Source: Lingula anatina (lineage: Eukaryota > Animalia > Brachiopoda). From it: DNA of 64,000 nucleotides. The position numbers and the translations under genes are program-made. The stretch is from assembly GCA_051362555.1 (NCBI GenBank), contig CM120642.1:9300001-9364000 (forward strand), in the 5' to 3' direction. The notes under the pieces were generated by a model. It was not told the origin of the DNA and did no database searches. It saw only the letters and a program-made list of their open reading frames with translations. Below, piece after piece: positions 55,601-63,300 of the stretch. The first letter of the stretch is position 1. Each line of letters starts with the position of its first letter.

Positions 55601-56940
55601 TAAATTGTACTGACAGCAGCATTAACGGTTTTAAAATGTGCTCCAAGTTTTTATTTTACATCTTTATTTAAAAAGCAAAGTTCAAATAAGAATCAGACGA
55701 TTAACTATACGTCTGAAACAAACTTATACCAAACAGTAGACTTCTATATTAAACAAATGGTTTAAACAAATGGTCATTAGTCACGATAGTAGTCCATTTT
55801 CACTTTGGTGCTAATTAACTATGAGATGTATAACTCTATGTCATTAACAAACCAACTACTAGACCAATTTATGAGATTCTTAATAATTGCGCTTCATATG
55901 TTTTCAAATGTATAATTTCACTGTATCTTTGTCACACATTTGAAAATTTGTGATAGTCCCACTCTCGTGAAGACTTGCAGTAAATAAATTCTGACCTAAA
56001 ATAGTTATTATAATATTTTCATGTCTTTTTGGTCTAGGAAATTAAAATCAAAGACTGAATTTAAAAAAATTCTCATAATCTGGAAATATTCCTTACTTAT
56101 CCTCAATTTTTTTTTATTTGGTTATGACAATACAAATAACAAATTATTGAAGAAATGAAGCCTACCATTTTCTTTCTTTCTTTTTTTCATTTAGTGGGCT
56201 ATCTTACATAATATTTAGCCAGCTAGGCTGTTAAGTTGTCAATCCCTCAAAACTTACTGTTACAACCGTGAAAAGGTCTTAAATCCCAGCCAGTGTTGTT
56301 ATTCTACTCTCATATTTATATAACCAGTCTGTCATGCAGTATTGTCTGGGATTGTAAAATTAATGAAATATAAATCACTGTACTACGTAAGCTGGTCTAA
56401 GTTGGCTATGCACTACCACCTGAGTAATAAATACACGGATAGATATATGCAGCTGCCCATCAGCAGTTTATCTCCTGGACCAACCAATCTATTTGAAATT
56501 GATCAAATCTACCCACACGATTTTAATCCCAGCACTTCAACTGAACTTGATAGATAAAGATCAGCGTAGTCTGACATGCTGAAATAAAACTAAAGCGAAA
56601 ACAAACACACAAGTCATGCATTATATTATTCATGATTATTAACGTTACAAGTTGTCCATCTCGTAATATAGTGGTGTCTTTGTAATGAGACTCAAAATAC
56701 CAAGTCTAGCCTAAAGTAAAGAAAAGCATATGCCATTAGAGAGCTAGGGCACTTTAAGTCAATATGAACAAGCTTGACATGCTATGTGTTTTGGTAACCT
56801 TGCGATGGAGTCATGGAGGTCGAGTTTCTGCTTACCTCTACTCTAGGTTTCCCTCTTGTTTTCATACATTTCACAAAACGTGCCGCATCCCTCCAGTAAA
56901 TAAACCCAGCGGTCACGAGATGGAAAGTCACAATCACCAT
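1..56940 (-). CDS. PDE2A: cGMP-stimulated 3',5'-cyclic nucleotide phosphodiesterase 2A orthologue; multi-exon gene, 3' part (most of the catalytic domain) lies beyond base 1
   Basis: More than 20 GT-AG exons join in phase into a protein collinear with recalled mammalian PDE2A, e.g. [102 protein letters not shown]. Confidence 0.97.
2056..2187. repeat. Local tandem duplication, two copies of about 56 bp, period 75 bp
   Basis: taatccaactactaagctaattaacatctttg[t/c]tcattcaggtctatt[a/g]taatatg occurs twice. Confidence 0.9.
4157..4227 (-). promoter_or_regulatory. Candidate intronic splicing enhancer: two UGCAUG plus one GCAUG (RBFOX) and ACUAAUUAAC (QKI-type)
   Basis: Plus-strand catgca at 4191-4196 and 4219-4224, gttaattagt at 4157-4166, all within 100 nt downstream of alternative exon B. 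Confidence 0.55.
4251..4328 (-). CDS. PDE2A: PDE2A alternative exon B, GAF-B/catalytic linker helix: [26 protein letters not shown]
   Basis: tttcag acceptor, CAG|gtgaga donor, 78 nt, phase 0-0; matches mammalian [26 protein letters not shown]. Confidence 0.93.
5552..5629 (-). CDS. PDE2A: PDE2A alternative exon A (paralogue of 4251-4328): [26 protein letters not shown]
   Basis: ttgcag acceptor, CAG|gtaacg donor, 78 nt, phase 0-0; same LLY...EL..YHMQ pattern. Confidence 0.92.
6969..7244. mobile_element. Foldback MITE with 110-bp inverted arms and 6-bp TSD ATATTT
   Basis: 6969-7078 is the reverse complement of 7135-7244 with one mismatch; 56-bp spacer; CAGG...CCTG termini flanked by ATATTT on both sides. 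Confidence 0.92.
7753..7868 (-). CDS. PDE2A: PDE2A GAF-B exon: (Q)[38 protein letters not shown]
   Basis: ctgcag acceptor, gtatgt donor, phase 1-0; contains the GAF NK..FDE motif. Confidence 0.96.
9202..9236 (-). CDS. PDE2A: PDE2A GAF-B small exon: (R)[11 protein letters not shown](Q)
   Basis: tttcag/gtaagt, phase 2-1; mammalian [13 protein letters not shown]. Confidence 0.95.
9670..9751 (-). CDS. PDE2A: PDE2A GAF-B exon: (G)[26 protein letters not shown](R)
   Basis: ttgtag/gtgtgt, phase 1-2; near-identical to the mammalian cGMP-binding segment. Confidence 0.97.
10139..10199 (-). CDS. PDE2A: PDE2A GAF-B exon: [20 protein letters not shown](G)
   Basis: tttcag/gtaggt, phase 0-1; conserved GIAGHVAT. 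Confidence 0.96.
11545..11632 (-). CDS. PDE2A: PDE2A GAF-B exon: (R)[29 protein letters not shown]
   Basis: ctctag/gtaggt, phase 2-0; conserved CSVFLLD and VAKVFDG. Confidence 0.96.
12724..12787 (-). CDS. PDE2A: PDE2A GAF-B exon: (D)[20 protein letters not shown](R)
   Basis: aattag/gtaatg, phase 1-2; mammalian [21 protein letters not shown]. Confidence 0.95.
13796..16324 (-). CDS. PDE2A: In-frame giant extension (843 codons, Ser/Pro/Thr/acidic-rich, probably disordered) of the [13 protein letters not shown] exon; ends at a candidate distal donor at 13795 or reads to the stop at 13755-13757
   Basis: Part of ORF 13755..16427; stop-free for 2.5 kb in exactly the PDE2A frame and visibly more GC-rich than flanking introns. 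Candidate donor CATG|gtaatg has phase 1, like the proximal donor CTTG|gtgagt. Confidence 0.8.
16325..16364 (-). CDS. PDE2A: PDE2A exon (short form): [13 protein letters not shown](D)
   Basis: tttcag/gtgagt, phase 0-1; identical to recalled mammalian sequence. Confidence 0.96.
16744..16855 (-). CDS. PDE2A: PDE2A GAF-A exon: (R)[37 protein letters not shown]
   Basis: ttctag/gtaagg, phase 2-0; mammalian [25 protein letters not shown]. Confidence 0.96.
17509..17538. repeat. (CA)n microsatellite
   Basis: Direct reading; lies 25 nt downstream of a PDE2A donor, read as (UG)n in the pre-mRNA. Confidence 0.95.
17564..17694 (-). CDS. PDE2A: PDE2A GAF-A exon: [43 protein letters not shown](R)
   Basis: atatag/gtgaga, phase 0-2; mammalian [23 protein letters not shown]. 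Confidence 0.95.
20967..21026 (-). CDS. PDE2A: PDE2A GAF-A alternative exon 2: [20 protein letters not shown]
   Basis: gttttag acceptor, AGA|gtaaga donor, 60 nt, phase 0-0; end resembles mammalian [11 protein letters not shown]. Confidence 0.7.
22996..23067 (-). CDS. PDE2A: PDE2A GAF-A alternative exon 1: [24 protein letters not shown]
   Basis: ttattctag acceptor, CAG|gtagga donor, 72 nt, phase 0-0; KQPLYLK parallels mammalian K[KQ]xIQLK. Confidence 0.68.
23461..23523. repeat. (TAAA)n microsatellite
   Basis: Direct reading. Confidence 0.95.
24667..24708 (-). CDS. PDE2A: PDE2A GAF-A exon: [14 protein letters not shown]
   Basis: ttacag/gtaaga, phase 0-0; mammalian VIGDKVLGEEVSFP. Confidence 0.93.
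25493..25567 (-). CDS. PDE2A: PDE2A GAF-A exon: [25 protein letters not shown]
   Basis: tttcag/gtaatc, phase 0-0; mammalian [25 protein letters not shown]. Confidence 0.94.
26167..26333. mobile_element. Short MITE with CAGGGGCGGAT-type termini
   Basis: caggggcggat ... atccacccctg inverted ends, catgc on both flanks; a similar end (ggatctgcccctg) occurs near 4659-4671. Confidence 0.6.
27304..27356 (-). CDS. PDE2A: PDE2A exon: (A)[17 protein letters not shown]
   Basis: tttcag/gtaagt, phase 1-0; mammalian GELYDLDASSLQLKVLQY. Confidence 0.95.
28251..28368 (-). CDS. PDE2A: PDE2A exon: [39 protein letters not shown](A)
   Basis: ttgcag/gtaaga, phase 0-1; ends in conserved ILQLC. Confidence 0.92.
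28744..28993. mobile_element. MITE with about 60-bp imperfect inverted arms
   Basis: gaggatgttcacaacagatgaaccttggacctacagatcc...gatcaaatatggcagacccta pairs with taggatctgtcatatttgatc...ctgttgtgaatgtcctc. Confidence 0.8.
32285..32344 (-). CDS. PDE2A: PDE2A N-terminal region exon: [20 protein letters not shown]
   Basis: tttcag/gtaagc, phase 0-0; mammalian [20 protein letters not shown]. Confidence 0.85.
32449..32488. repeat. (CT)n microsatellite
   Basis: Direct reading. Confidence 0.95.
33542..33724. mobile_element. Degenerate MITE related to 28744-28993
   Basis: Inverted gatcaaatatggtgaccc / gggttcgccatatttgat core and ttgtgaatg end shared with the 28.8-kb element. Confidence 0.5.
35902..35936. 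repeat. (TG)n microsatellite
   Basis: Direct reading; a second (TG)n lies at 37650-37682. Confidence 0.95.
37257..37639. mobile_element. Non-autonomous DNA transposon, CMC/EnSpm-like, filled with TTGCAAA/TTTGC subterminal repeats
   Basis: 13-bp TIR cccttagcaaaat / attttgctaaggg, AT on both flanks, many internal (t)gcaaa(tttgc) units in both orientations. Superfamily is inferred. Confidence 0.75.
40049..40257. repeat. Minisatellite, about 12-14 bp unit (acacagacccatgc-like)
   Basis: Repeated cacagacccat / cataggccc units; explains the spurious Cys/Met/Val-rich ORFs here. Confidence 0.9.
41878..41927 (-). CDS. PDE2A: PDE2A N-terminal region exon: (V)[16 protein letters not shown]
   Basis: Long polypyrimidine tract plus tttcag, TTG|gtgagt donor, phase 1-0; parallels LVMPLADKEAGAVAAVIL. 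Confidence 0.82.
43673..43779 (-). CDS. PDE2A: PDE2A N-terminal region exon: (W)[35 protein letters not shown](V)
   Basis: atgcag/gtaaga, phase 2-1 fits both neighbours; parallels EAIISQKRL...SD.P...L. Confidence 0.83.
44478..44593 (-). CDS. PDE2A: PDE2A N-terminal region exon: [38 protein letters not shown](W)
   Basis: ttttag/gtatgt, phase 0-2; LPKEG matches mammalian HELPQEGK. Confidence 0.85.
44923..45014. repeat. Short imperfect inverted repeat (possible MITE remnant)
   Basis: aaatttcatgctcatggg..cttatttagat versus atctaaataag..cctgtgggtatgaaattt. Confidence 0.5.
45814..45903 (-). CDS. PDE2A: PDE2A first common exon: [30 protein letters not shown]
   Basis: ttttag/gtaagt, 90 nt, phase 0-0; mammalian [30 protein letters not shown]. 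Confidence 0.9.
46837..47227. repeat. Tandem duplication of about 200 bp
   Basis: Segment tattt.tacaagttc.gtgcacatat...ggaaagggaagca.agaaaactgaatgcct...cccctgtccaaga repeated with few substitutions and one short deletion. Confidence 0.92.
48965..49190. mobile_element. PIF/Harbinger-like MITE with about 80-bp degenerate arms and TAA TSD
   Basis: cattcagattcacaca..tagctgggtc..aactctg..agtgcaat pairs with attgcact..cagagtt..gacccagcta..tgtgtgaatctgaatg; TAA on both flanks. Confidence 0.72.
49580..49609 (-). CDS. PDE2A: PDE2A proximal alternative first coding exon: [10 protein letters not shown]
   Basis: ATG in acaatATGG context, CAG|gtgagg phase-0 donor, CpG-richer upstream segment (about 49610-49850) that looks like 5'UTR/promoter. 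Confidence 0.65.
52320..52520 (+). mobile_element. Decayed SINE with Meta-domain-like core
   Basis: caccaaagaccattaaaaaacctgctgtctcctcacaaagcactcagcatatagagg resembles the recalled MetaSINE central domain; boundaries approximate. Confidence 0.45.
56836..56940 (-). CDS. PDE2A: PDE2A distal alternative first coding exon: [35 protein letters not shown]
   Basis: Strong Kozak acaaaATGG, GAG|gtaagc phase-0 donor, promoter-like CpG-richer region upstream; resembles PDE2A2 N-terminus MVLVLHHILIAVVQFLR. Confidence 0.7.
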
Positions 56941-57009
56941 TTTGTTACACCTTTTCCTTTTAAAAATGCCGAGAACTGCGAGTTTCTTTGAGGGCAATAC
57001 TCTGAGGTA

Positions 57010-57190
57010 GGGTATTTTCCGCCATCTGAGAAATAAACAATCTGCGACAGCAGCACCACCTGGAGGGGGAATCCCTCAAGCGCACCTGGTGCAATGTAGG
57101 ATTTGCATTTCGTCCTTCAGCAAAACCAGGAAAATTCCCTGGCAAAACGAAGGAAAGAGGTGTGTGGGTGGAGGGGGGTGGGGGGAGGGG
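57010..57190 (-). promoter_or_regulatory. Putative distal PDE2A promoter/5' region with CTCF-like, kappaB-like, YY1-like motifs and a G-quadruplex-capable tract
   Basis: CCTCCAGGTGGTGCTG (minus, 57051-57066), GGGGAATCCC (57066-57075), GGGAATTTTCC (minus, 57129-57139), ccgccatct (57019-57027), four G-runs 57166-57190. Confidence 0.5.
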
Positions 57191-57415
57191 AGAATGTTGG
57201 TGCTTTCTTAAAATTATTTGATGTAACAATTTATGCAAAGGCTTAGAAATCAGAAATGGGATGCTGCATATGAACATCAGAGTAGCATTACCCGGTGACT
57301 GCCGTATACGTAAGGTCTTCTGTAGGTAGCTTTCAGCGAACTTGATCTGTCATGATTGTTTCACTTTTCACCATTCTATATTTTACCGCCACTTTCTACA
57401 AGGACCACAGAGAGA

Positions 57416-57660
57416 TTTATTACCTCCGCCAAGGAGGTTATGTTTTCACCCCAGTGTTTGTTTGTTTGTTTGTCTGTCTGTCATCAACATAACTCAAAAA
57501 GTTATGGACCGCTTTTGATGAAATTTTCAGAAACTGTCAGAAGTGGGCCAAGGAACAGATGATTAGTTTTTGGTGGTGATCTGGATCAATAATCAATCAA
57601 TAATAATAAAAAATTGCTGCCTTGGCGGAGGTCTGCGCTCTCGGAGTGCTTTTCTAGTTT
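57416..57660 (+). mobile_element. Helentron-associated non-autonomous element (HINE/DINE-1-like)
   Basis: Subterminal inverted repeat acctccgccaagg / ccttggcggaggt, internal (GTTT)(GTCT) microsatellite, 3' hairpin gcgctctcggagtgc then CTAG, T-rich ends. Confidence 0.85.
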
Positions 57661-59467
57661 AGGCCTACTAGATATTCACTGATATTTTCTGTGCACAGAA
57701 ACATAAAGCGAGGTCGATATATATGAACTCTGCTATCATTCTAAAATCTTACTAGGCACAATAGGGCGCAATACTTGAAATTTGTGAGAAGGTTGCGAAA
57801 CTTATAAATTTACAAACGCAATTATCATCTTAGTGCACGCGATTCGTCCTGAATATCTTCCCTTATGCGGCTGGTTACGATGACTGAAGGAAAAGTAAAA
57901 AAAAAATCTGATGGACGGGAAGAAAGGAAAAGGCTTACAATTCTTAAAGGTAAAAAAAAAATCAAAAAATCAAAAATCAAAAATCCATAGGAGCTCGAGC
58001 TAGTTGGGGTGTTCAGCTGCACCCCACTGCCCCTGACGGATGATATTCAAAGCATCTGTTATTATAATTATGCATACGATACACTGAGATCTTATTCAAG
58101 ATGATCATCTTCATAAAGTAGACCTAATAATGAAAGAAAATCGATCATTACTCATCCAGTAATACAATAATTCCTGTTAATTTTCTATGTGGAATTCCTT
58201 TGTTCTTCATGAAAATTAACACGATCTACAATAGACAGTGTTTCATGTCTAACGGCACATTAAATTACCTCTTTTAGAAACTAATTTAAAACCAAGGTTA
58301 AAAATCTTCCCGGTTTTGAGTAGATGGCATTTCTAAATTCATAATTTACTTACTCTCCCCTAACCTATATATTTTACAGAATTACTCCCACGATTCTGAA
58401 TACGGTCGACACCAAAATTCAGAAGTTAAAATATACATAAGGAGTTAAGTTACTGTATGTAGTGCCCCGATCCTGGTCACCCTTGAAATACGAGGATGAG
58501 AGAGAAGGTTGCATAGGCTCTATTTCGGGTGAAATAATTACACAAATTTATAGACCCCACCTTATTAAGACGTACGTCCGTACGTCCCAACCCAGGGGGA
58601 GGGGGACTTTCCAGCGGACGAAAAGCCCAAAGGAATCCTCTTTATCTTAATAATTATATATTAATAGATAATCGTTAATGAGGGTATTCTTCCCTGCGGT
58701 GATTTAGAGAGAGTTCAGTCATTTAGAAGTCCCTGTTTTCCTGCACATTTCAGAAAGAACTGTTGACATCAGTTACTTATATTTTAGAAGTTTGGTCGTT
58801 TTTAAGTTCTGAATTAGAAAATATCATAAGCTTAATTAATTTGCAGAATATATATAGACGTAGAAAATATGACCTTTCTAACGCTTACAGTTTTTACAAC
58901 AGATACATTTATGAGAAGATTTTTCTTCTTTTTACCAGTTACATTTTGCACTTAGACTTTGGTTAAATTGCCCTGAAATTAAAACTACTTTAGTGCTCAG
59001 TATATTATAGATGGGACAATGTGTGCGTTAAACGGCAACCCGAAATGGCCTTAACGTTTATTCTCCACTTGAAAAAAATGTCAGAAAGTTTCATCTTACC
59101 CAAGTACTTGGTGCAATAGGAAACAGGGCTTTCTGTTCATGACTGAAAATTTATATTGTGATTCCATGATAGTTTGTCATTTCTGATACAATATTTGGAC
59201 CACGAATTGCAAATAGTTTATTTAATGTTTATATTTACTATCGGTAGGGTGTGAATTCAGTGAGAAGCAAACTAAAGTCGCTCAAAAACAGATTATCATA
59301 ATTGTTTACAACGTTATACTTGTACGAGATAAATAAAAGAACAAAACCAGTGATGACTGAATGTTCAAAGTGAGTAGCCTAATACGTTTCACAGCTGGAC
59401 GTTTTGCATTTGTAAAAATAAACACGGACCCACAGTTTCATTACACCAGCTAACAAATGTTGACCCA

Positions 59468-59482
59468 GATGCCCTCTAGCGG
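59468..59482 (-). promoter_or_regulatory. CTCF-like motif just upstream of the GTF3C5 start codon
   Basis: Minus strand reads CCGCTAGAGGGCATC, close to the CTCF core CC.C.AG.GGGC. Confidence 0.55.
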
Positions 59483-59549
59483 GATATACAGGAACCTGAA
59501 CTGGAGGGATAGAACTAGGTCAAGGTCGACAAAGCTACAGCGGGAGCAA

Positions 59550-59657
59550 ATGGAAAGCGTGAGAGATAATGATTTTGTCTGCATCGAATATCCTGCAGTG
59601 ATTGAGAATATTGATAAAGCTTTGAAGACTCTTGGAGGAGAGGAGAACATTTCTAAG
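59550..59657 (+). CDS. GTF3C5: General transcription factor IIIC subunit 5 (TFIIIC63/Tfc1), coding exon 1: MESVRDNDFVCIEYPAVIENIDKALKTLGGEENISK
   Basis: VC.EYP......K...TLGGEE motif of the Tau95 N-terminus; donor AAG|gtctct. An upstream in-frame ATG at 59457 is possible. Confidence 0.9.
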
Positions 59658-59938
59658 GTCTCTCTCTCTCTCTCGTTCTCTCTCTCCAAGGAGTTTCAAC
59701 AGTTGAAACTCCTTGCTCTCTCTAACACACACTCACTCACACACTATTCACAAACATCAGACATACTGATTTACAAGGTGCCGCTCTTTGAAAGACACAC
59801 GCACAAATATTACTTTGTTGACATTTTAATGTCGAATTGTTATTGATGGATCTCACAATCTAACATAACTTGAAACACAACAGTCTGGAGCAAATTGCGT
59901 GTGGAAATTGGGTAAGTTAGACTTCTATTTTGTTACAG

Positions 59939-60018
59939 ACATTTGAAGATCCTGGCAAAAGACTACCCTTACGTTGGCGACCAGATGAATTCTACTGTAA
60001 ACCTGCTTATGCTGACAG
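59939..60018 (+). CDS. GTF3C5: GTF3C5 coding exon 2: TFEDPGKRLPLRWRPDEFYCKPAYAD(R)
   Basis: ttacag/gtaact, phase 0-2; recalled human IYADPTKRLELYFRPKDPYCHPVCANR. Confidence 0.92.
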
Positions 60019-60207
60019 GTAACTTAATCATTCGACTCGTCTTAACTAGCTACAGGTAATGGCCATGAAATGTGTTTCGCCAGTGACCAAATTTTTCCCA
60101 CAAACTAATGTCAACTACTAAAAATTCAAGAAAATGAGAAATCGCCGATCATAATTCTGTCATTAAATAATTATGAAAATAAACTGACATCTGTCTTTTG
60201 CCCTCAG

Positions 60208-60371
60208 ATGTGATACAACAAACCTGCTTCTCAAAGTCCAGAAATGGAGGAGGAAGAAGAAAAATGGGAGAACTGGTAAAGGAATGCAGGGTGACAAACT
60301 GACAGGTGACGGAGATGTCAAGTACCACTCAGAAGTAGTGGGGCGTGTTAGTACCACATACAAATTTCAGA
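60208..60371 (+). CDS. GTF3C5: GTF3C5 coding exon 3: CDTTNLLLKVQKWRRKKKNGRTGKGMQGDKLTGDGDVKYHSEVVGRVSTTYKFQ; no later exon found in the window
   Basis: cctcag/gtaagt, phase 2-1; LLL+basic stretch and E..G..ST.YKFQ conserved. Confidence 0.92.
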
Positions 60372-63300
60372 GTAAGTACAGATCATGAAAAATGAGTATA
60401 CCATTGACCAGAAATCAATTTAACTATAGAAAATTAGATGTACAGTACATGTGTGCAAAATAATTATGCAAATATATAATGCTTCAGTGTTGTACATAGA
60501 TTCAAGGAGTTATAACAGAAGGAGATTACACGCAAGCCTTTCTATTGTCCGATGTCTGTTACGGTGGGCGGAGCTAGCTACGGGGGGCCTCCGGTCTCAA
60601 GGTTTCGTCTGCGTCGCTCTCCTCAGCTTGGAGATAAATTTCATATGCGTTATTTCGCGTTAGAATTCGAGATCAGTAATGTCAAAGCGCCGCTGTATGC
60701 TGACGATTTTTTTCACAGGTAATTATTTGGACGATGTGCTGGAAGGGAACGATATCATAGAAAGCGATTATAAGGTGGTGACTGAGGATGGTTGCCATGA
60801 ACTTTTTAGTCGGTGATAGATGGCTTTTTTATGGCACAACCCGGTGAAAAATCACCAAGGAGAAGTCAAAAGAAAACGTCCCAACTGTGGTTTGTGAAAA
60901 TGACATTCAAGTGAACGTCTGTCCTCACTGCAAAAGGACATAATATTAATACATTAACGTTTGGACCCTCCTGCCCTTGGGTCCCATAAACATATACATT
61001 GTGACAGTGCCTACGCTTTATGTCTGGTTTTAAATTTCTTAAAGTATTTTTTTTCTCACTCGGTATAATTTTAATATTATAATGCATTTAATTAAAATTT
61101 TAATCCAAGGTTGAGGCAATGCCACGACACGTCAGTTTACTGAATACTCGTTATAAATTTCTTTATTTTGTAAATTTCCCTTTTTTTCAGGATTATTTGA
61201 CACGTACTAACACTGTTCATATTTGTCGGTAAACAAGTGCACAGTGCCATACATTAAGAATAATTTTTATTCATTCATAAATATATTTATGTACAAAATA
61301 TATCAGAAATTTTAGTATTCACCGAGCTCTTTAAAGTGAAACAAATAAAGATGAGAATATTGAATTTCAAACTATTATTTACTATATTAACTTAAAAAAT
61401 CTTTTAAGTCAACTCTATACTCAAGAACAAAAACAAAAATTTTACACATAAGCAGTAATATATGAAGTCATAAGAATGATTAAGTTGCTACAGTTTTCCA
61501 GTTTTATGCAGTCTATGATGGCATTTTTTTCAACCGTGCAAATAGAAATAATTATATTCTTCCTTATCTGACTTGCTGATACCAGTCTGTGCCAGATACT
61601 ATTCCACTTACAGGCCAGCAAGGTCTGAGAATCTAATGGGCCGAATGAAAAAAAAAATCCTAGAAGATAAAGTGGTTAATTCTTACAAATAGGATGAAAA
61701 ACATGGGATTTTCAAAAGGTTATTATAGATCAAGACAACACTTAGTAAGAACATTTATAAAATGTAACAGCTGAAAAAATTAACTGGTAAGTAAGCAGTA
61801 AGTGACTGCTTTAAAGAAATTTCACTGAAACAGAAATTTCACTGGCAATCAGGTAGACTGTTATACCATGGCACTCAACAATTTATATATAGGTTTTGAA
61901 TTTTTTTCCACGTAACAGTAACATAAAATTTATGTCCACTTTTGCAATGTATAGAGTCAGTTAGGTGACTGAAAATATTTTAAAATGTCATAAAGGAGCA
62001 CTATTAATTTAATGCAATCTCTGTTGGCCAGTCTTATCCAGTTTCTTCTCCAAAAAGGACAACTCAAGTGAGAATTTCTTCAGGGCCTTTTCTTCTGCCT
62101 TGCTAATGCCATGCCACTCAGAAAAGAGAGAAACCTGTAGGTTAGAAAAAAAAAAAACATAATAATAGCATTATGAACTACTAGTATCCATGTAGACATT
62201 ATGGAATTATGCAGTGAAGTTTAATGTGTCTTGTTATGACTTGACTGAAATAATGTTCACCACATAAATGAACAATTTACAACTAAATTTATATAGAACA
62301 TCAAGATTCATGATCACAAGCTAATAACCCCAAGAAATTGAAAGAAATTGTACTTATTACAAGAAATTTTTTTTAATCCGCCCTGGTCCCTACTCTTCTG
62401 ACAGGACAAAAAGGGGATTTCAGAGAGGCTGGTTGCTAAAAGGAAAATGCCCAAGGTTGTTGTATTTTGAAAAAAAAATTAAAAAGGGTACTGTTGTTAG
62501 TGAATGTTTAATGCATTATGACAAAAGTAACTTACCCCAGACACACTGACCTCCTTTTTTCATTGACATATTTTAATTTTTTCCAGCCTGACCATAATTC
62601 ATATATTCAATGCAGCCTTCTCCCATATCTATAATAGAAAAAAAAAACTTGAGTAGTGTTAAGATATGCATGTCAAATTCATTATCAATTTTGAGAGAAT
62701 TTTTGTTTCAACACTACAAGATGAAATATTTAATTTCAAGTAATGAATAAACCTTAACAGAGTTCTATTCTTTTGTAACCACCAAGGCAAAGCTTCTTTC
62801 TTAAAATGAACTGAAACATCCAAGCTTGCCACCTAACATGCCAAAGTAGTGAAGTATAATTTAAGTAGAGAAGCAAGTACCCCTTAATTATAGAGGTGTC
62901 TTACACAATAAGGTGTGTCTTACACACCTCGACTCAAAGAGAGAGGTGTAGTGAGATAACAGGTAAAGTAATTGGTGGAGCCTAGGTGAACTTAAAACCT
63001 TAAGACTTTAAATTAAGAAGCACCAGGATTCATGTGTGTTCTTTTTTCAAAGGTTTAATATGAATTAAAACGTATATATATAAGAAGAAGACTAAATAAG
63101 TTAAAAATAACTATACCAAAGACACTGTGAAGTCAAACTTCCTGTTAGACCGCCATGATGGAAAATGCTGGGTGGAGGCAAAATTTTCCAGTCAAAAAAA
63201 CTGAGCACTTTACTTTAACAACAAAGTTACCACTCCAAAGCCACCCACCATGGTGAGAAGAAAAATGATGACCAACTGTCATGATAAGTCTTTTTAGATT

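Noticed and set aside
60500-61150. CpG-rich segment with a short acidic ORF (MSKRRCMLT...LDDVLEGNDIIESDY), reminiscent of a decayed piggyBac-like element
   Set aside because: No matching TIR pair or TSD found; cannot be assigned without a repeat search.
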